From contig JAJDTP010000011.1 in NCBI GenBank assembly GCA_022827095.1, forward strand, positions 1,230 to 65,229: DNA of 64,000 nt, read 5' to 3'. The translations under genes and the position numbers were made by a program. The notes beneath the pieces were generated by a model. The model was not told the DNA's origin and did no database searches. It worked only from the letters and a program-made list of their open reading frames with translations. Each line of letters begins with the position of its first letter. Position 1 is the stretch's first letter. Below are positions 8,852 through 17,015 of the stretch, in pieces. Source of the stretch: Dehalococcoidia bacterium. Its GTDB lineage: Bacteria; Chloroflexota; Dehalococcoidia; Lucifugimonadales; UBA3495.

Positions 8852-9823
8852 ATGGCAGTACGCGTTCTCGATGTCCATGCGCACATAACGCCGGCCAGCG
8901 CGCTCCGTGCCATGCAGAGCGGAGAAAACTGGTTCGGGGTCACCGCGCCGCAGCTCTATAACCAGCACCGCTACAATCCGCGCACCTTCTGGACGCCAGA
9001 GCAGCGCATCGCCGACATGAACTCGTTGGGCGTGGACGTTCACGTGCTGTCGACCAACGCCAATATGTACTTCTACGACCTGAGCGTGGACCAGACCATG
9101 GCCATGCACCGGGAGTGCAACGACTACGTCGCCCAATTGACCGAAGAGTATCCGGACCGCTTCGCTGGACTGGCCCATCTGCCTTTGCAAGACGTGGGCG
9201 CGGCCATCGAGGAACTGACCCGTGCGGTGGAGGAGTTGGGCCTCAAGGGAGCCATGATCGGCGACCACGTCAATGGACGCACCTTTGACGATCCGGTGTT
9301 CCAACCGCTTTGGGCGACCGCCGAACGTTTGGGGGCGATGTTCCTCGTCCACCAGGGCGGCGACACCGTGGTCTCCGAGCGGCTCAATCGCTATCACCTG
9401 CCCAACACCATCGGGAACCTGGCCGATCGCGCCATCACGTACGCGTCGTTCGTTTTCGGCGGAGTGATGGACCGTTATCCCGGGTTGCGAGTGTGCCTGT
9501 GCCATGGCGGCGGCTACACCTGCTACGGCATTGGGCGCATGGACCGGGGATGGCAGGTGCGGCCTGAAGCGCGGGCAAACATCGACCAGCCGCCCAGCGC
9601 CTATCTCGGCCGGTTCTATTACGATTGCCTGACCCACAGCGAAGACGGCCTGCGCATGCTCATTGATATGGTGGGGATTGAGCAGGTGGTGTTCGGAACC
9701 GACTGGCCCTTCGACATGTGCGCCGACTGGCCGGTATCGTGGCTGCTTGGGTTGGACAGCTTAACCCGTGACGAAAAAGACGCCATCCTCTTCGGCAACC
9801 TGGAGAGGTTGCTGGGGATCTAG
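8852..9823 (+). CDS. amidohydrolase-2 (ACMSD-like metal-dependent hydrolase/decarboxylase) family protein
   Basis: ATG 8852 is preceded by AGGAG. The N-terminal metal motif VLDVHAHI and the later CHGGG and DWPFD motifs fit the family. The ORF-track start at 8606 is trimmed. Confidence 0.8.
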   Translation: MAVRVLDVHAHITPASALRAMQSGENWFGVTAPQLYNQHRYNPRTFWTPEQRIADMNSLGVDVHVLSTNANMYFYDLSVDQTMAMHRECNDYVAQLTEEYPDRFAGLAHLPLQDVGAAIEELTRAVEELGLKGAMIGDHVNGRTFDDPVFQPLWATAERLGAMFLVHQGGDTVVSERLNRYHLPNTIGNLADRAITYASFVFGGVMDRYPGLRVCLCHGGGYTCYGIGRMDRGWQVRPEARANIDQPPSAYLGRFYYDCLTHSEDGLRMLIDMVGIEQVVFGTDWPFDMCADWPVSWLLGLDSLTRDEKDAILFGNLERLLGI

Positions 9824-9864
9824 AACTCAAACCGCGCAATCTCGACAATCGGGAGGGAAACCTG

Positions 9865-10260
9865 ATGGGACTCATTGCCGACAACATTCGCCTGAAGGCG
9901 ATCAACCACATTACCTACAACGTCCGGGACAAGGACATCGCCCTGAAGTGGTACGAGGAAGTCCTTGGCGTTAAGCAGATACCGAAGATGGTGGACAACG
10001 ACAACCTGTACTGGCTGCAGTTGCCGAGCGGGGCCATGGTCCACATCATCGAAAACCCCGACGCGCCGTCCGCGCCGTCGCACCACACCGCCTTCGAAGT
10101 AGACGACATCTCCGCGGCGCGCGACGAGTTGCAGAACATCGGCGTGGAGTGCACGGACATCCAGACCCGCCACGACGGCCAGCAGGCCTTCTACTTCCAC
10201 GACCCGGACCACAACCGGCTGGAAATCTGCACCAAGTCGGGGTTTGGTGTGCTGGTATAG
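9865..10260 (+). CDS. VOC (glyoxalase/bleomycin resistance/extradiol dioxygenase) family protein
   Basis: 131 aa. INHITYNVRD, HTAFEVDDI and YFHDPDHNRLEI are typical paired beta-alpha-beta-beta-beta module motifs. Confidence 0.75.
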   Translation: MGLIADNIRLKAINHITYNVRDKDIALKWYEEVLGVKQIPKMVDNDNLYWLQLPSGAMVHIIENPDAPSAPSHHTAFEVDDISAARDELQNIGVECTDIQTRHDGQQAFYFHDPDHNRLEICTKSGFGVLV

Positions 10261-10285
10261 CCTCTGGACAACCCGTACAAAATAC

Positions 10286-10308
10286 GGGGCGGGTTTGAAA
10301 CCCGCCCC
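10286..10308. terminator. perfect 9-bp GC hairpin (GGGGCGGGT-ttgaa-ACCCGCCCC), bidirectional terminator candidate
   Basis: The stem is read directly from the sequence. It lies between convergent genes ending at 10260 (+) and 10373 (-). The loop/stem design matches the hairpin at 11937-11959. Confidence 0.5.
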
Positions 10309-10372
10309 TGATCTTTACCATCGGATCTGAACGTAGCCTGACCTAAAGGCCATTTTTCAGACGTGAACGGCC

Positions 10373-10720
10373 TCACTCATCAAGTTCGTACTCATAAGCC
10401 CATCTATCCAGTGCCGCCAAGCCGGGTTCCGCATTATCCATTAGCTCCGGCAATATCTTGTCCAATACCGGGTCTTCAAGCACGAAGTCGCGCAGATTTT
10501 CCAGCGCCCGGCTGTAATCGCCTCGCTGCATGACGTTGAGGACACTGCTTCTCAACATGGCGATATAGTCATCCCGTCCCAGCATTTCAAGCAATTGAAT
10601 GGCGCGTAAAGTGAGTATATCCGCCACGTTTTGCCGGATCTGTAGCAAATCGGCTCTTACTTGAAGCCAATCCTCTCCATGTTCATCCGGACCTTCCGAT
10701 GGCGGCGGTCTATTTGTCAC
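10373..10720 (-). CDS. hypothetical protein (115 aa, helical, acidic)
   Basis: The ORF lies in the low-G+C islet. Its GTG start (10718-10720) overlaps the stop of a small upstream ORF within GTGACAAATAG. No family recognised. Confidence 0.45.
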   Translation of the reverse strand: MTNRPPPSEGPDEHGEDWLQVRADLLQIRQNVADILTLRAIQLLEMLGRDDYIAMLRSSVLNVMQRGDYSRALENLRDFVLEDPVLDKILPELMDNAEPGLAALDRWAYEYELDE

Positions 10721-10880
10721 TGGCCACTCCTATCCTCTTCGCGCGGATCTGCCTGATTTTAGCAATGAGCCGATCGTTTTCCTCGGCTTTTTCCTTACCT
10801 AGGGCTTCCAAACGTCGAATCTCCTCCGCGTGCTTGACCAACAGGGCGTCCATCTTGGGATCACCAGTCAAATTTGCCAC
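10710..10880 (-). CDS. small coiled-coil-like protein, 56 aa (not in the ORF track)
   Basis: GTG 10878-10880 is preceded by AAGGAGG with a 7-nt spacer. Translation: VANLTGDPKMDALLVKHAEEIRRLEALGKEKAEENDRLIAKIRQIRAKRIGVASDK. It is translationally coupled to 10373..10720. Confidence 0.35.
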   Translation of the reverse strand: MANLTGDPKMDALLVKHAEEIRRLEALGKEKAEENDRLIAKIRQIRAKRIGVASDK

Positions 10881-10904
10881 AACATCACCTCCTTTTGGTC
10901 ATCA

Positions 10905-10910
10905 ATTATA
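10905..10910 (-). promoter_or_regulatory. candidate -10 box (TATAAT on minus strand)
   Basis: A perfect TATAAT lies about 25 nt upstream of the GTG at 10880. No convincing -35 element was seen. Confidence 0.3.
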
Positions 10911-10986
10911 TTGGACCTAACCGCAAAAAAAGGACCCCTGCGGTGTCTTGGAAGTCTTGGTGTAATCAATAAATACGCTATAAATG

Positions 10987-11005
10987 CAAAACGTCTGCCG
11001 TTTTG
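10987..11005 (-). terminator. 7-bp hairpin CAAAACG-tctgc-CGTTTTG downstream of 11018..11332
   Basis: Read directly from the sequence. It splits the islet into two transcription units. Confidence 0.4.
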
Positions 11006-11017
11006 ATGAGATGGCAA

Positions 11018-11332
11018 CTACGGCCTTCCCATCGAATAGCGGTTCAGAATGCCCAAGTAAGCCCGCTGCCCTTCCACCGCGATGGCGGTGCGGTCAGCGA
11101 GGTATTCGGCCCAGACCGATTGAGTGAGCGCCGTCGCCTTGCTCGACGGGGAGTACGGGTTGGCCGGGTCCAGTCCTGCGAAAGCCTGGATCCGGGTGCC
11201 GATGGACTTGGAGCTGCGTTCCAGCGCGGCCGCCAAAGCGGCCACCTCGCGGCTATCGAGGGCGACCTTTCCGCGGTACAGGTGCAGTACCGCCAAGTCC
11301 TCGATACGGGTCCATTTGCGTGCGGGAGGCAT
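11018..11332 (-). CDS. hypothetical protein (104 aa)
   Basis: The N-terminus (KWTRIEDLAVLHLY) resembles, from memory, the N-terminal domain seen on some HNH/restriction-associated proteins. No catalytic motif is present. Confidence 0.4.
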   Translation of the reverse strand: MPPARKWTRIEDLAVLHLYRGKVALDSREVAALAAALERSSKSIGTRIQAFAGLDPANPYSPSSKATALTQSVWAEYLADRTAIAVEGQRAYLGILNRYSMGRP

Positions 11333-11392
11333 TTTGCAATCTTGCCGTCTATTCTCGATGCACTATCGTGAGTACCGTTCGGTGCTGACTAT

Positions 11393-11884
11393 CTATCGCT
11401 TGTGATGCAAAGGGCGGCGCAGTAACCGATTGAGTTCAGTTGCGCACTCTCGATGAGAGTCCTCTAGGATGTTTATTTCAAGTGCCAGCTTGGATTGGAA
11501 GTTACCTCTCTTGCTGAGATCCCACACTTTCCAATCTACGCCGTTAGTCGGTACGGCGTACCCACGTTTCATCCCTTCAGAGTATGCCAACAGTTGACGC
11601 TCATGGCTGACCCTGATGCCACTACTAGTCAGTTTTTTGGCCTCGATGATAATTGCCGGATCATCGTTGTTGTCGAGCAGAGCGTAATCGATACGCCCAA
11701 AATCGTTGTGTTCGTATTCCACTTCGACTTCAGTGACGTCCGATAAGTCCCAGCCCAAGGAAATGAGGATGGGGTCAATGGCAGCGTATCTCGTACATGT
11801 TTCATGGCGGCTGATGTATTCATGAAATTCTTCAACGTGGTCAGCGACTTGTTCAATGGCTTCCCTTACGTCTGAAACTGCCAT
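11393..11884 (-). CDS. stand-alone type I restriction enzyme HsdR N-terminal-like (PD-(D/E)xK) domain protein
   Basis: 163 aa. The motifs ETCTRYAAIDPILISLGWD, GRIDYALL, AIIIEAKK and VPTNGVDWKVW match the HSDR_N-type nuclease-fold pattern. No helicase, methylase or specificity gene lies nearby. Confidence 0.6.
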   Translation of the reverse strand: MAVSDVREAIEQVADHVEEFHEYISRHETCTRYAAIDPILISLGWDLSDVTEVEVEYEHNDFGRIDYALLDNNDDPAIIIEAKKLTSSGIRVSHERQLLAYSEGMKRGYAVPTNGVDWKVWDLSKRGNFQSKLALEINILEDSHRECATELNRLLRRPLHHKR

Positions 11885-11936
11885 TCGCTAGTCCTCGTCA
11901 TTTTTGAAAAGGGCACACAGGGAGATTTGACCGATA

Positions 11937-11959
11937 AGGGCGGATTTCAAATCCGCCCT
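11937..11959. terminator. perfect 10-bp hairpin (AGGGCGGATT-tca-AATCCGCCCT)
   Basis: It lies immediately downstream of the GMC gene stop (11978, minus strand). It is a sequence relative of the hairpin at 10286-10308. Confidence 0.5.
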
Positions 11960-11977
11960 TACCGGTGCGCTGCTACC

Positions 11978-13528
11978 TTACCGCCCTTCTTTGATGAACT
12001 CGGCGACGCGCTCGCCGATGGTCATGGAGGTGACGTTGGTGTTGGCGCGGATGCAGTCGGGCATGACGCTGGCGTCGGCGACGCGCAGATTGGCAATGCC
12101 CTTGACCTTGCCGAACTGGTCGACCACGGCCATGGGGTCGCTGTCCGGACCCATCTTGCAGGTGCCGGAGATGTGCTGCGACGTGGTGACCTCGCGGGCG
12201 ATCCAGGCGTCCAGCGCGTCGTCGCTGGCCAGCGCGTCGGCCGGCGGCTCGATGCATTCCTGGATCAGGTTCTGGAACTCGGGGTGTTCCGAGAGCTGGA
12301 TACACAGGCGCACGGAATCCCGCAACCGCACGCGGTCCGACTCTTCCTCGAGGTAGTTGTAGTCCAGGAAGGGCTGCTGGTACGGATCCGTGGACTGCAG
12401 GCGCATGTGACCGGCGCCGGCGGCCAGCTGGATGCCGGTGCTCATGCGGATGCCCAGGGGCACCATGCGGTCGCCGCCGCGGTTAATCCGCTCGGTGGCG
12501 AAGGACTGCATGCTGATCTTCATGTCATTGCGCAGGTCCGAGCCGTCGGCGGTGTAGCGCAGGCACAACTGGGACCGCGGAGCCAGACCGTCCAGCTCAA
12601 CCTCGGGCTTGGTGCGCCAGGTGCACCAGACGGTGGGATGGTCGCGCAGGTTCTGGCCGACGCCTGGGGCGTCCTGGATCACCGGAATGCCCATTTCGCG
12701 CAGGTGATCGGCCGGTCCGATGCCGGACAGCATCAGGATGTGGGGCGAGCCGATGGCGCCGCTGCTGAGAACGATCTCGTCGGCCTCGGCCACGAAGGTC
12801 TCGCCGCCTGATTCCAACTGCACGCCGGTGGCCTTGTTGCCGTCGAACAGGATGCGATGCACGTGGCAGTTGGCCTTGATAGTCAGGTTCAGCCGGTGGC
12901 GGGACTCGGACAGGTAACCGAGGTTGGTGCTCATCCGGATGCCGTTGGGGTTGTTGAAGGGAGTGGGGCCAACCCCGTAGGAATCGGGGTGATTGTGGTC
13001 CCAGGTCTCCGGGAAGCCAGCGGCGACGCACGCCGCGCTGAACGCGTTCTGGGCGGGCAGCCACGTCTCGCGGGCGAACCGGTGCATCACGATGGGGCCG
13101 TCGCCGCCGTGGAAGTCATCGTTACCGTAGTCGGTGTCGGTCTCGATGCGCCGGAAGATGGGAAGAAGCTTGGTGTAGGCCCACTCGTCGTTGCCCTCGG
13201 AGGCCCAGCCGTCGTAGTCCTCGGGCCCTCCGCGCAGGAACACCTGGCCGTTGATGGCGCTGGATCCGCCGGTGACCTTGCCCCGGGGAACCATGATCTC
13301 CGGCGAGGTATCCGTTCCCTTGCCCACAAACTGCCAGTTGTGGTCGCTGACCATGATGTCGATTTCGGTGTTGTAACCGAACTTGACCTCTTCTGGCAGG
13401 TGTTCGAACTCAGGGTAGTCGGGGCCTGCCTCGATCAGCAGCACGTGCTTGCTGTGATCCTCGGTCAGGCGGCTGGCGATAATCGAGCCAGCCGAGCCGG
13501 CCCCAATCACAATGTAATCGTACTTCAT
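11978..13528 (-). CDS. GMC-family FAD oxidoreductase (choline dehydrogenase-like), paralog 1
   Basis: Trimmed to ATG 13526-13528 (MKYDYIVIGAGSAGS). GMC signatures are present: GGSSAINGQVF, SGAIGSPHILMLSGIG and the C-terminal SGTCKMG ... NLRVADASVMP. Confidence 0.9.
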   Translation of the reverse strand: MKYDYIVIGAGSAGSIIASRLTEDHSKHVLLIEAGPDYPEFEHLPEEVKFGYNTEIDIMVSDHNWQFVGKGTDTSPEIMVPRGKVTGGSSAINGQVFLRGGPEDYDGWASEGNDEWAYTKLLPIFRRIETDTDYGNDDFHGGDGPIVMHRFARETWLPAQNAFSAACVAAGFPETWDHNHPDSYGVGPTPFNNPNGIRMSTNLGYLSESRHRLNLTIKANCHVHRILFDGNKATGVQLESGGETFVAEADEIVLSSGAIGSPHILMLSGIGPADHLREMGIPVIQDAPGVGQNLRDHPTVWCTWRTKPEVELDGLAPRSQLCLRYTADGSDLRNDMKISMQSFATERINRGGDRMVPLGIRMSTGIQLAAGAGHMRLQSTDPYQQPFLDYNYLEEESDRVRLRDSVRLCIQLSEHPEFQNLIQECIEPPADALASDDALDAWIAREVTTSQHISGTCKMGPDSDPMAVVDQFGKVKGIANLRVADASVMPDCIRANTNVTSMTIGERVAEFIKEGR

Positions 13529-13804
13529 ACCAGTCTCGCTCCTTTCGTCACGGTAGTAAGCCCACCTCCGACATGCGCGCCGACGGCACCGATGCGGCAG
13601 TGGATTCCGTACTGCCGCAATGATATACACGGGCCAACATAGGCGCAAGCAAAGGGCGCACATTCGTCTCAGGTTTATCGTAGGCTTCGCTCGCGCCACC
13701 GATGCGATAGAATAGGCGAAAATCATGGTTCGGGTCGGCTTCCCCATATCCCGCATCTTGTGGAACGTGGATCGACAATAGAGGCGACCTAAAGGAGCCC
13801 GACA

Positions 13805-14800
13805 ATGGCAGAACTGGTACTGGGACTGGCATCTTCGCACAGCCCGCAATTGAGCACCCCGCCGGAAGGCTGGGCCGGCCGTGGCGAAAGGGATAAGGGA
13901 CATCTTGAGCTGATCGGAACCGATGGCATCGTTTCCAACTTCGAGGACTTGCTGGCCCGCACGGACACGGAGCGGATCGCCAAAGAGATCACGCCGGAGA
14001 AGTTCGCGAAGCGGCACGAGCAGAACCAGAAGGCCATCGCCCACCTGTCCAAAAAGCTGTACGACGCCAACCTGGACGTGCTGGTGATGGTCGGCGACGA
14101 CCAGCACGAGTACCTGCTGGACGACAACATGCCGGCCTTCTGCGTCTACTGGGGCGACGAGGTGAAGGTGTCCGGCCACGAGGCCGGCCCGTCCACCGGG
14201 GGCCTGAACCTCATCGGGTACAACACGGAAGACGCGCAGGTGCCGACCGACTCGGCGCTGGGCCTCCACATTATCGACAGCCTGATGGACGCCGAGTTTG
14301 ACGTCGGCACCTCAAAGTTCCTCGACCCCACCCGCGGACGCGGCGAGCGCGGCGGCATCGGCCACGCCTTCGGTTACGTGTACAACCGCCTGATGACCGA
14401 GGGCATCATCCCGACGGTGCCGGTGATGCTCAACACCTACTACCCGCCCAACCAGCCGACGCCCAAGCGGTGCTTCAACCTGGGTCAGGCGCTGCGGTCG
14501 GCCATTGAATCCTGGGACAAGGACATTCGGGTGGGCATCCTGGCATCCGGAGGGCTGAGCCACTTCGTGGTGGACGAGGAACTGGACCAGCAGGCCCTGG
14601 CCGGAATGCAAGCCAAGAGTGTCGATCAGCTGATGGACCTGCCCCGGGAGAAGATCAACTCGGGCAGTTCGGAGATCCGCAACTGGATCGTCGTGACCGG
14701 CGCCACCGAGCACCTGGACATGGACGTGGTGGACTACGTGCCGTGCTACCGTTCGCCGGCGGGCACGGGGTGCGCCATGGGGTTCGCGACTTGGGGTTAG
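13805..14800 (+). CDS. class III extradiol ring-cleavage dioxygenase (LigB superfamily), paralog A
   Basis: 331 aa. It carries His12 (SSHSP), VLVMVGDDQHE, GGLSHF and SGSSEIRNW, which is the LigB-type 2-His-1-carboxylate plus catalytic His pattern. Confidence 0.8.
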   Translation: MAELVLGLASSHSPQLSTPPEGWAGRGERDKGHLELIGTDGIVSNFEDLLARTDTERIAKEITPEKFAKRHEQNQKAIAHLSKKLYDANLDVLVMVGDDQHEYLLDDNMPAFCVYWGDEVKVSGHEAGPSTGGLNLIGYNTEDAQVPTDSALGLHIIDSLMDAEFDVGTSKFLDPTRGRGERGGIGHAFGYVYNRLMTEGIIPTVPVMLNTYYPPNQPTPKRCFNLGQALRSAIESWDKDIRVGILASGGLSHFVVDEELDQQALAGMQAKSVDQLMDLPREKINSGSSEIRNWIVVTGATEHLDMDVVDYVPCYRSPAGTGCAMGFATWG

Positions 14801-14814
14801 ATCGATTAGAAAAT

Positions 14815-14905
14815 TGTCAGAATCAGGATTTCCAGGATTTTTAGATTTACGGGATTGTTCTCCAATCCTGTCAATCCAGTAATTTTGACAATCCTGATTC
14901 TGACA
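14815..14905. repeat. AT-rich 91-bp imperfect palindrome with iterated CAGGATT/AATCCTG motifs
   Basis: The outer 16-bp arms TGTCAGAATCAGGATT (14815-14830) and AATCCTGATTCTGACA (14890-14905) are perfect complements. Inner copies are CAGGATT, CGGGATT | AATCCTG, AATCCAG. The element lies between convergent genes. Confidence 0.5.
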
Positions 14906-14925
14906 GAGGCAAAAGCGTTGCCGGC

Positions 14926-16413
14926 CTACGACCGCAACGGCTCGGCGACCAGTGCCTTGATGCCCTCGGTGATGTCGGTCTGGTCGTAGTTGCGGAGGAG
15001 GTTGATGCGGTTGCGGTTAGGGTCGCCGCCGTGCCAGTACTCGTAGATTTCCTGACGCATGCCGAATGACGACGCGGCCAGGTCGTGGGCCAGGCGGAAC
15101 AGGCGGGACTTGTACTCCACGCCCACGCCTTTCCCCGGCATGTAACGGTCCAGGTAAGGGCGGAACTCCGGGTTGGCCAGGTCGGCCTCGCTGGGCTGCA
15201 TAATCATGCCGGAGCCGGAGATCTCCCGGAGTAACTCGACCATGCGCTGAGAGGTCTGGGCGAAGTAGATGTTCATGCCGGAAGTTGAGCCCAGGGACAT
15301 GAGCCCGTTGTCTGCGGGATAAGCGTTGTGCTCGACCCCGTCCATGGCGTGCCGCCACATCTCGGTGTGCATGGCCATCTCGCCCAGTTTGGCGGACACT
15401 TCGCGGTACTCGATAACCCCTATGGCTTCGGCAATGAGGGTAGCCACTGCCGTCATTATCTTCATGCGCTGGTGGATGCGACACAGGTTGCCCCAGCCCC
15501 GGAAGTTGGCCTCGGAGCCCAGCCGTTGCAAAAGCGGAGTCGAGTCGTAGAGCATGAAGATGCGGTCCCACGGCACCAGGACGTGGTCGAAAAAAAGCAT
15601 GGCGTCCTGCTCGTCGTACGCCGCGCCCAGGGGATGGCCGTAGCTGCCGGCCCACTGAGAAACGGGTTCCCGGCACAGCATCTTTATTCCCGGCGTGTCG
15701 GTGGGAATGGAGAACGAGAGGATGAACCGGGGATCGGACCGGCGCATGAAGGTGGCCGACAGGGAAACGTAGGTCTCGTTGCTGATGGGCGCGGCGGTGG
15801 CGAGTTGCTTCGCGCCGTGGACGAGGACGCCCTCGTTGGTCTCTTCGACGACGTGCAGCGCGACTTCGGTCTCGCTTTCGGCACGGGTCTCGTTCTGGGG
15901 CTGCGCGCTGCGATCAACCTGCGGGTCGCCAAGGGCGTGGGTGAGGAACAGGTCGTTCTCCGTGCAGTAGCGGTGGTAGTTGACCACGTTCTCGGCGAAG
16001 TTGCACCTGGGGTGCCTCACCTGTTCCAGCGCGTCGCTGATGGCGACCAGGCCGGTGATAAAAGGAGCAAGGATATCGGGGCTGCGTCCCAGCTGACCCC
16101 ACGACTCCTCGTTCCAGATTTCACTGTTGCGTCGCTGCCGTTTCAGGTCCTCGTGACTCCGGGGCAGCAGCCACGATAGGCTGCACCGGTTGCCGGTCTC
16201 CGGGGAGACGAAGGTCATCTCGTCGCGGTACTTGTCCGAGTGTTGCAGGTCGTAGATGCGCGCCAGCTCGTGGACCATGCCGCTGGTGGCCGGGTGCTTG
16301 GTAACGTCCGCGACCTTTTCGCCGTCCAGCCAGACCTCGCGCCCGTCCCGCAGACTCTCGATGTAGCGGGCGCCGGTCATGGCGCCGAGCGTGGCTTCGA
16401 CTTTCAGGGCCAT
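14926..16413 (-). CDS. HpaB-family flavin-dependent monooxygenase, oxygenase component (4-hydroxyphenylacetate 3-monooxygenase-like)
   Basis: GARYIESLRDGREVWLDGEKV at the N-terminus, FLTHALGDPQVDRS, and the C-terminal YEYWHGGDP. The true start may be Met 16380. No reductase component is adjacent. Confidence 0.85.
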   Translation of the reverse strand: MALKVEATLGAMTGARYIESLRDGREVWLDGEKVADVTKHPATSGMVHELARIYDLQHSDKYRDEMTFVSPETGNRCSLSWLLPRSHEDLKRQRRNSEIWNEESWGQLGRSPDILAPFITGLVAISDALEQVRHPRCNFAENVVNYHRYCTENDLFLTHALGDPQVDRSAQPQNETRAESETEVALHVVEETNEGVLVHGAKQLATAAPISNETYVSLSATFMRRSDPRFILSFSIPTDTPGIKMLCREPVSQWAGSYGHPLGAAYDEQDAMLFFDHVLVPWDRIFMLYDSTPLLQRLGSEANFRGWGNLCRIHQRMKIMTAVATLIAEAIGVIEYREVSAKLGEMAMHTEMWRHAMDGVEHNAYPADNGLMSLGSTSGMNIYFAQTSQRMVELLREISGSGMIMQPSEADLANPEFRPYLDRYMPGKGVGVEYKSRLFRLAHDLAASSFGMRQEIYEYWHGGDPNRNRINLLRNYDQTDITEGIKALVAEPLRS

Positions 16414-16502
16414 TGTTGTCTCCGCGGTGTGGCGAAATTACCGGCTCCAATGCCGCCGATTATGCTAGCCACGTGTGATGACGGCATCTCCGGATTTCAA
16501 GG

Positions 16503-16874
16503 CTAATCGGCGGCGGGCTCTGGAATGGTGGGAGTCAGAATAACTGTGCCGGTGATTTCGTCGTGCCGGTGGCGCATGATGAGGTCGACTCGCTCGTGAA
16601 GCGCCAACAGGAGGCCACGGTTTTCAGCGACCTGCTCGCGGAGGTTGGCAATTTGTGCTTCCACTCGGTCGATGCGAGCGGAGAGACCGTCAATGCGATT
16701 GGACAGAGAGTCCTTGAGATCATCGATGCGGGTGTGAATGCCGCTGATCTCGACCTGCTGTCGTCCGACGGTAAAGCCGAGACGGAGCACCGCGCCCAGA
16801 GTGGCGATCTGCAACAGACCCAGGAAACCGATGAGACCGTAGAGAATGTAGGCGTTGACGGTAATGTCGTTCAT
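16503..16874 (-). CDS. hypothetical single-pass membrane protein with coiled coil
   Basis: Trimmed to MNDITV (16874). A TM segment (AYILYGLIGFLGLLQIATLGAVL) is followed by heptad-like IDDLKDSLSNRIDGLSARIDRVEAQIANLREQV. Confidence 0.5.
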   Translation of the reverse strand: MNDITVNAYILYGLIGFLGLLQIATLGAVLRLGFTVGRQQVEISGIHTRIDDLKDSLSNRIDGLSARIDRVEAQIANLREQVAENRGLLLALHERVDLIMRHRHDEITGTVILTPTIPEPAAD

Positions 16875-17015
16875 AGGGAAACCTCGTCGCCTAGGCAACA
16901 CAACGCGCAGTCCCATGCGTACTTTGGTCGATTGTAGGGATACGCCCGTGGGCGGTCAACGGGCGGAAATCGCTCGCGTCAGCTCCGGCATCACCAGTCC
17001 ACGCTGTCCGGTCTA

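Noticed and set aside
13529-14269. 247-codon upstream extension of the GMC paralog 1 ORF (track 11978..14269)
   Set aside because: The FAD-binding GxGxxG motif begins right after Met 13528, as in the other paralogs. The extension crosses the intergenic region and runs antisense to the LigB-like gene.
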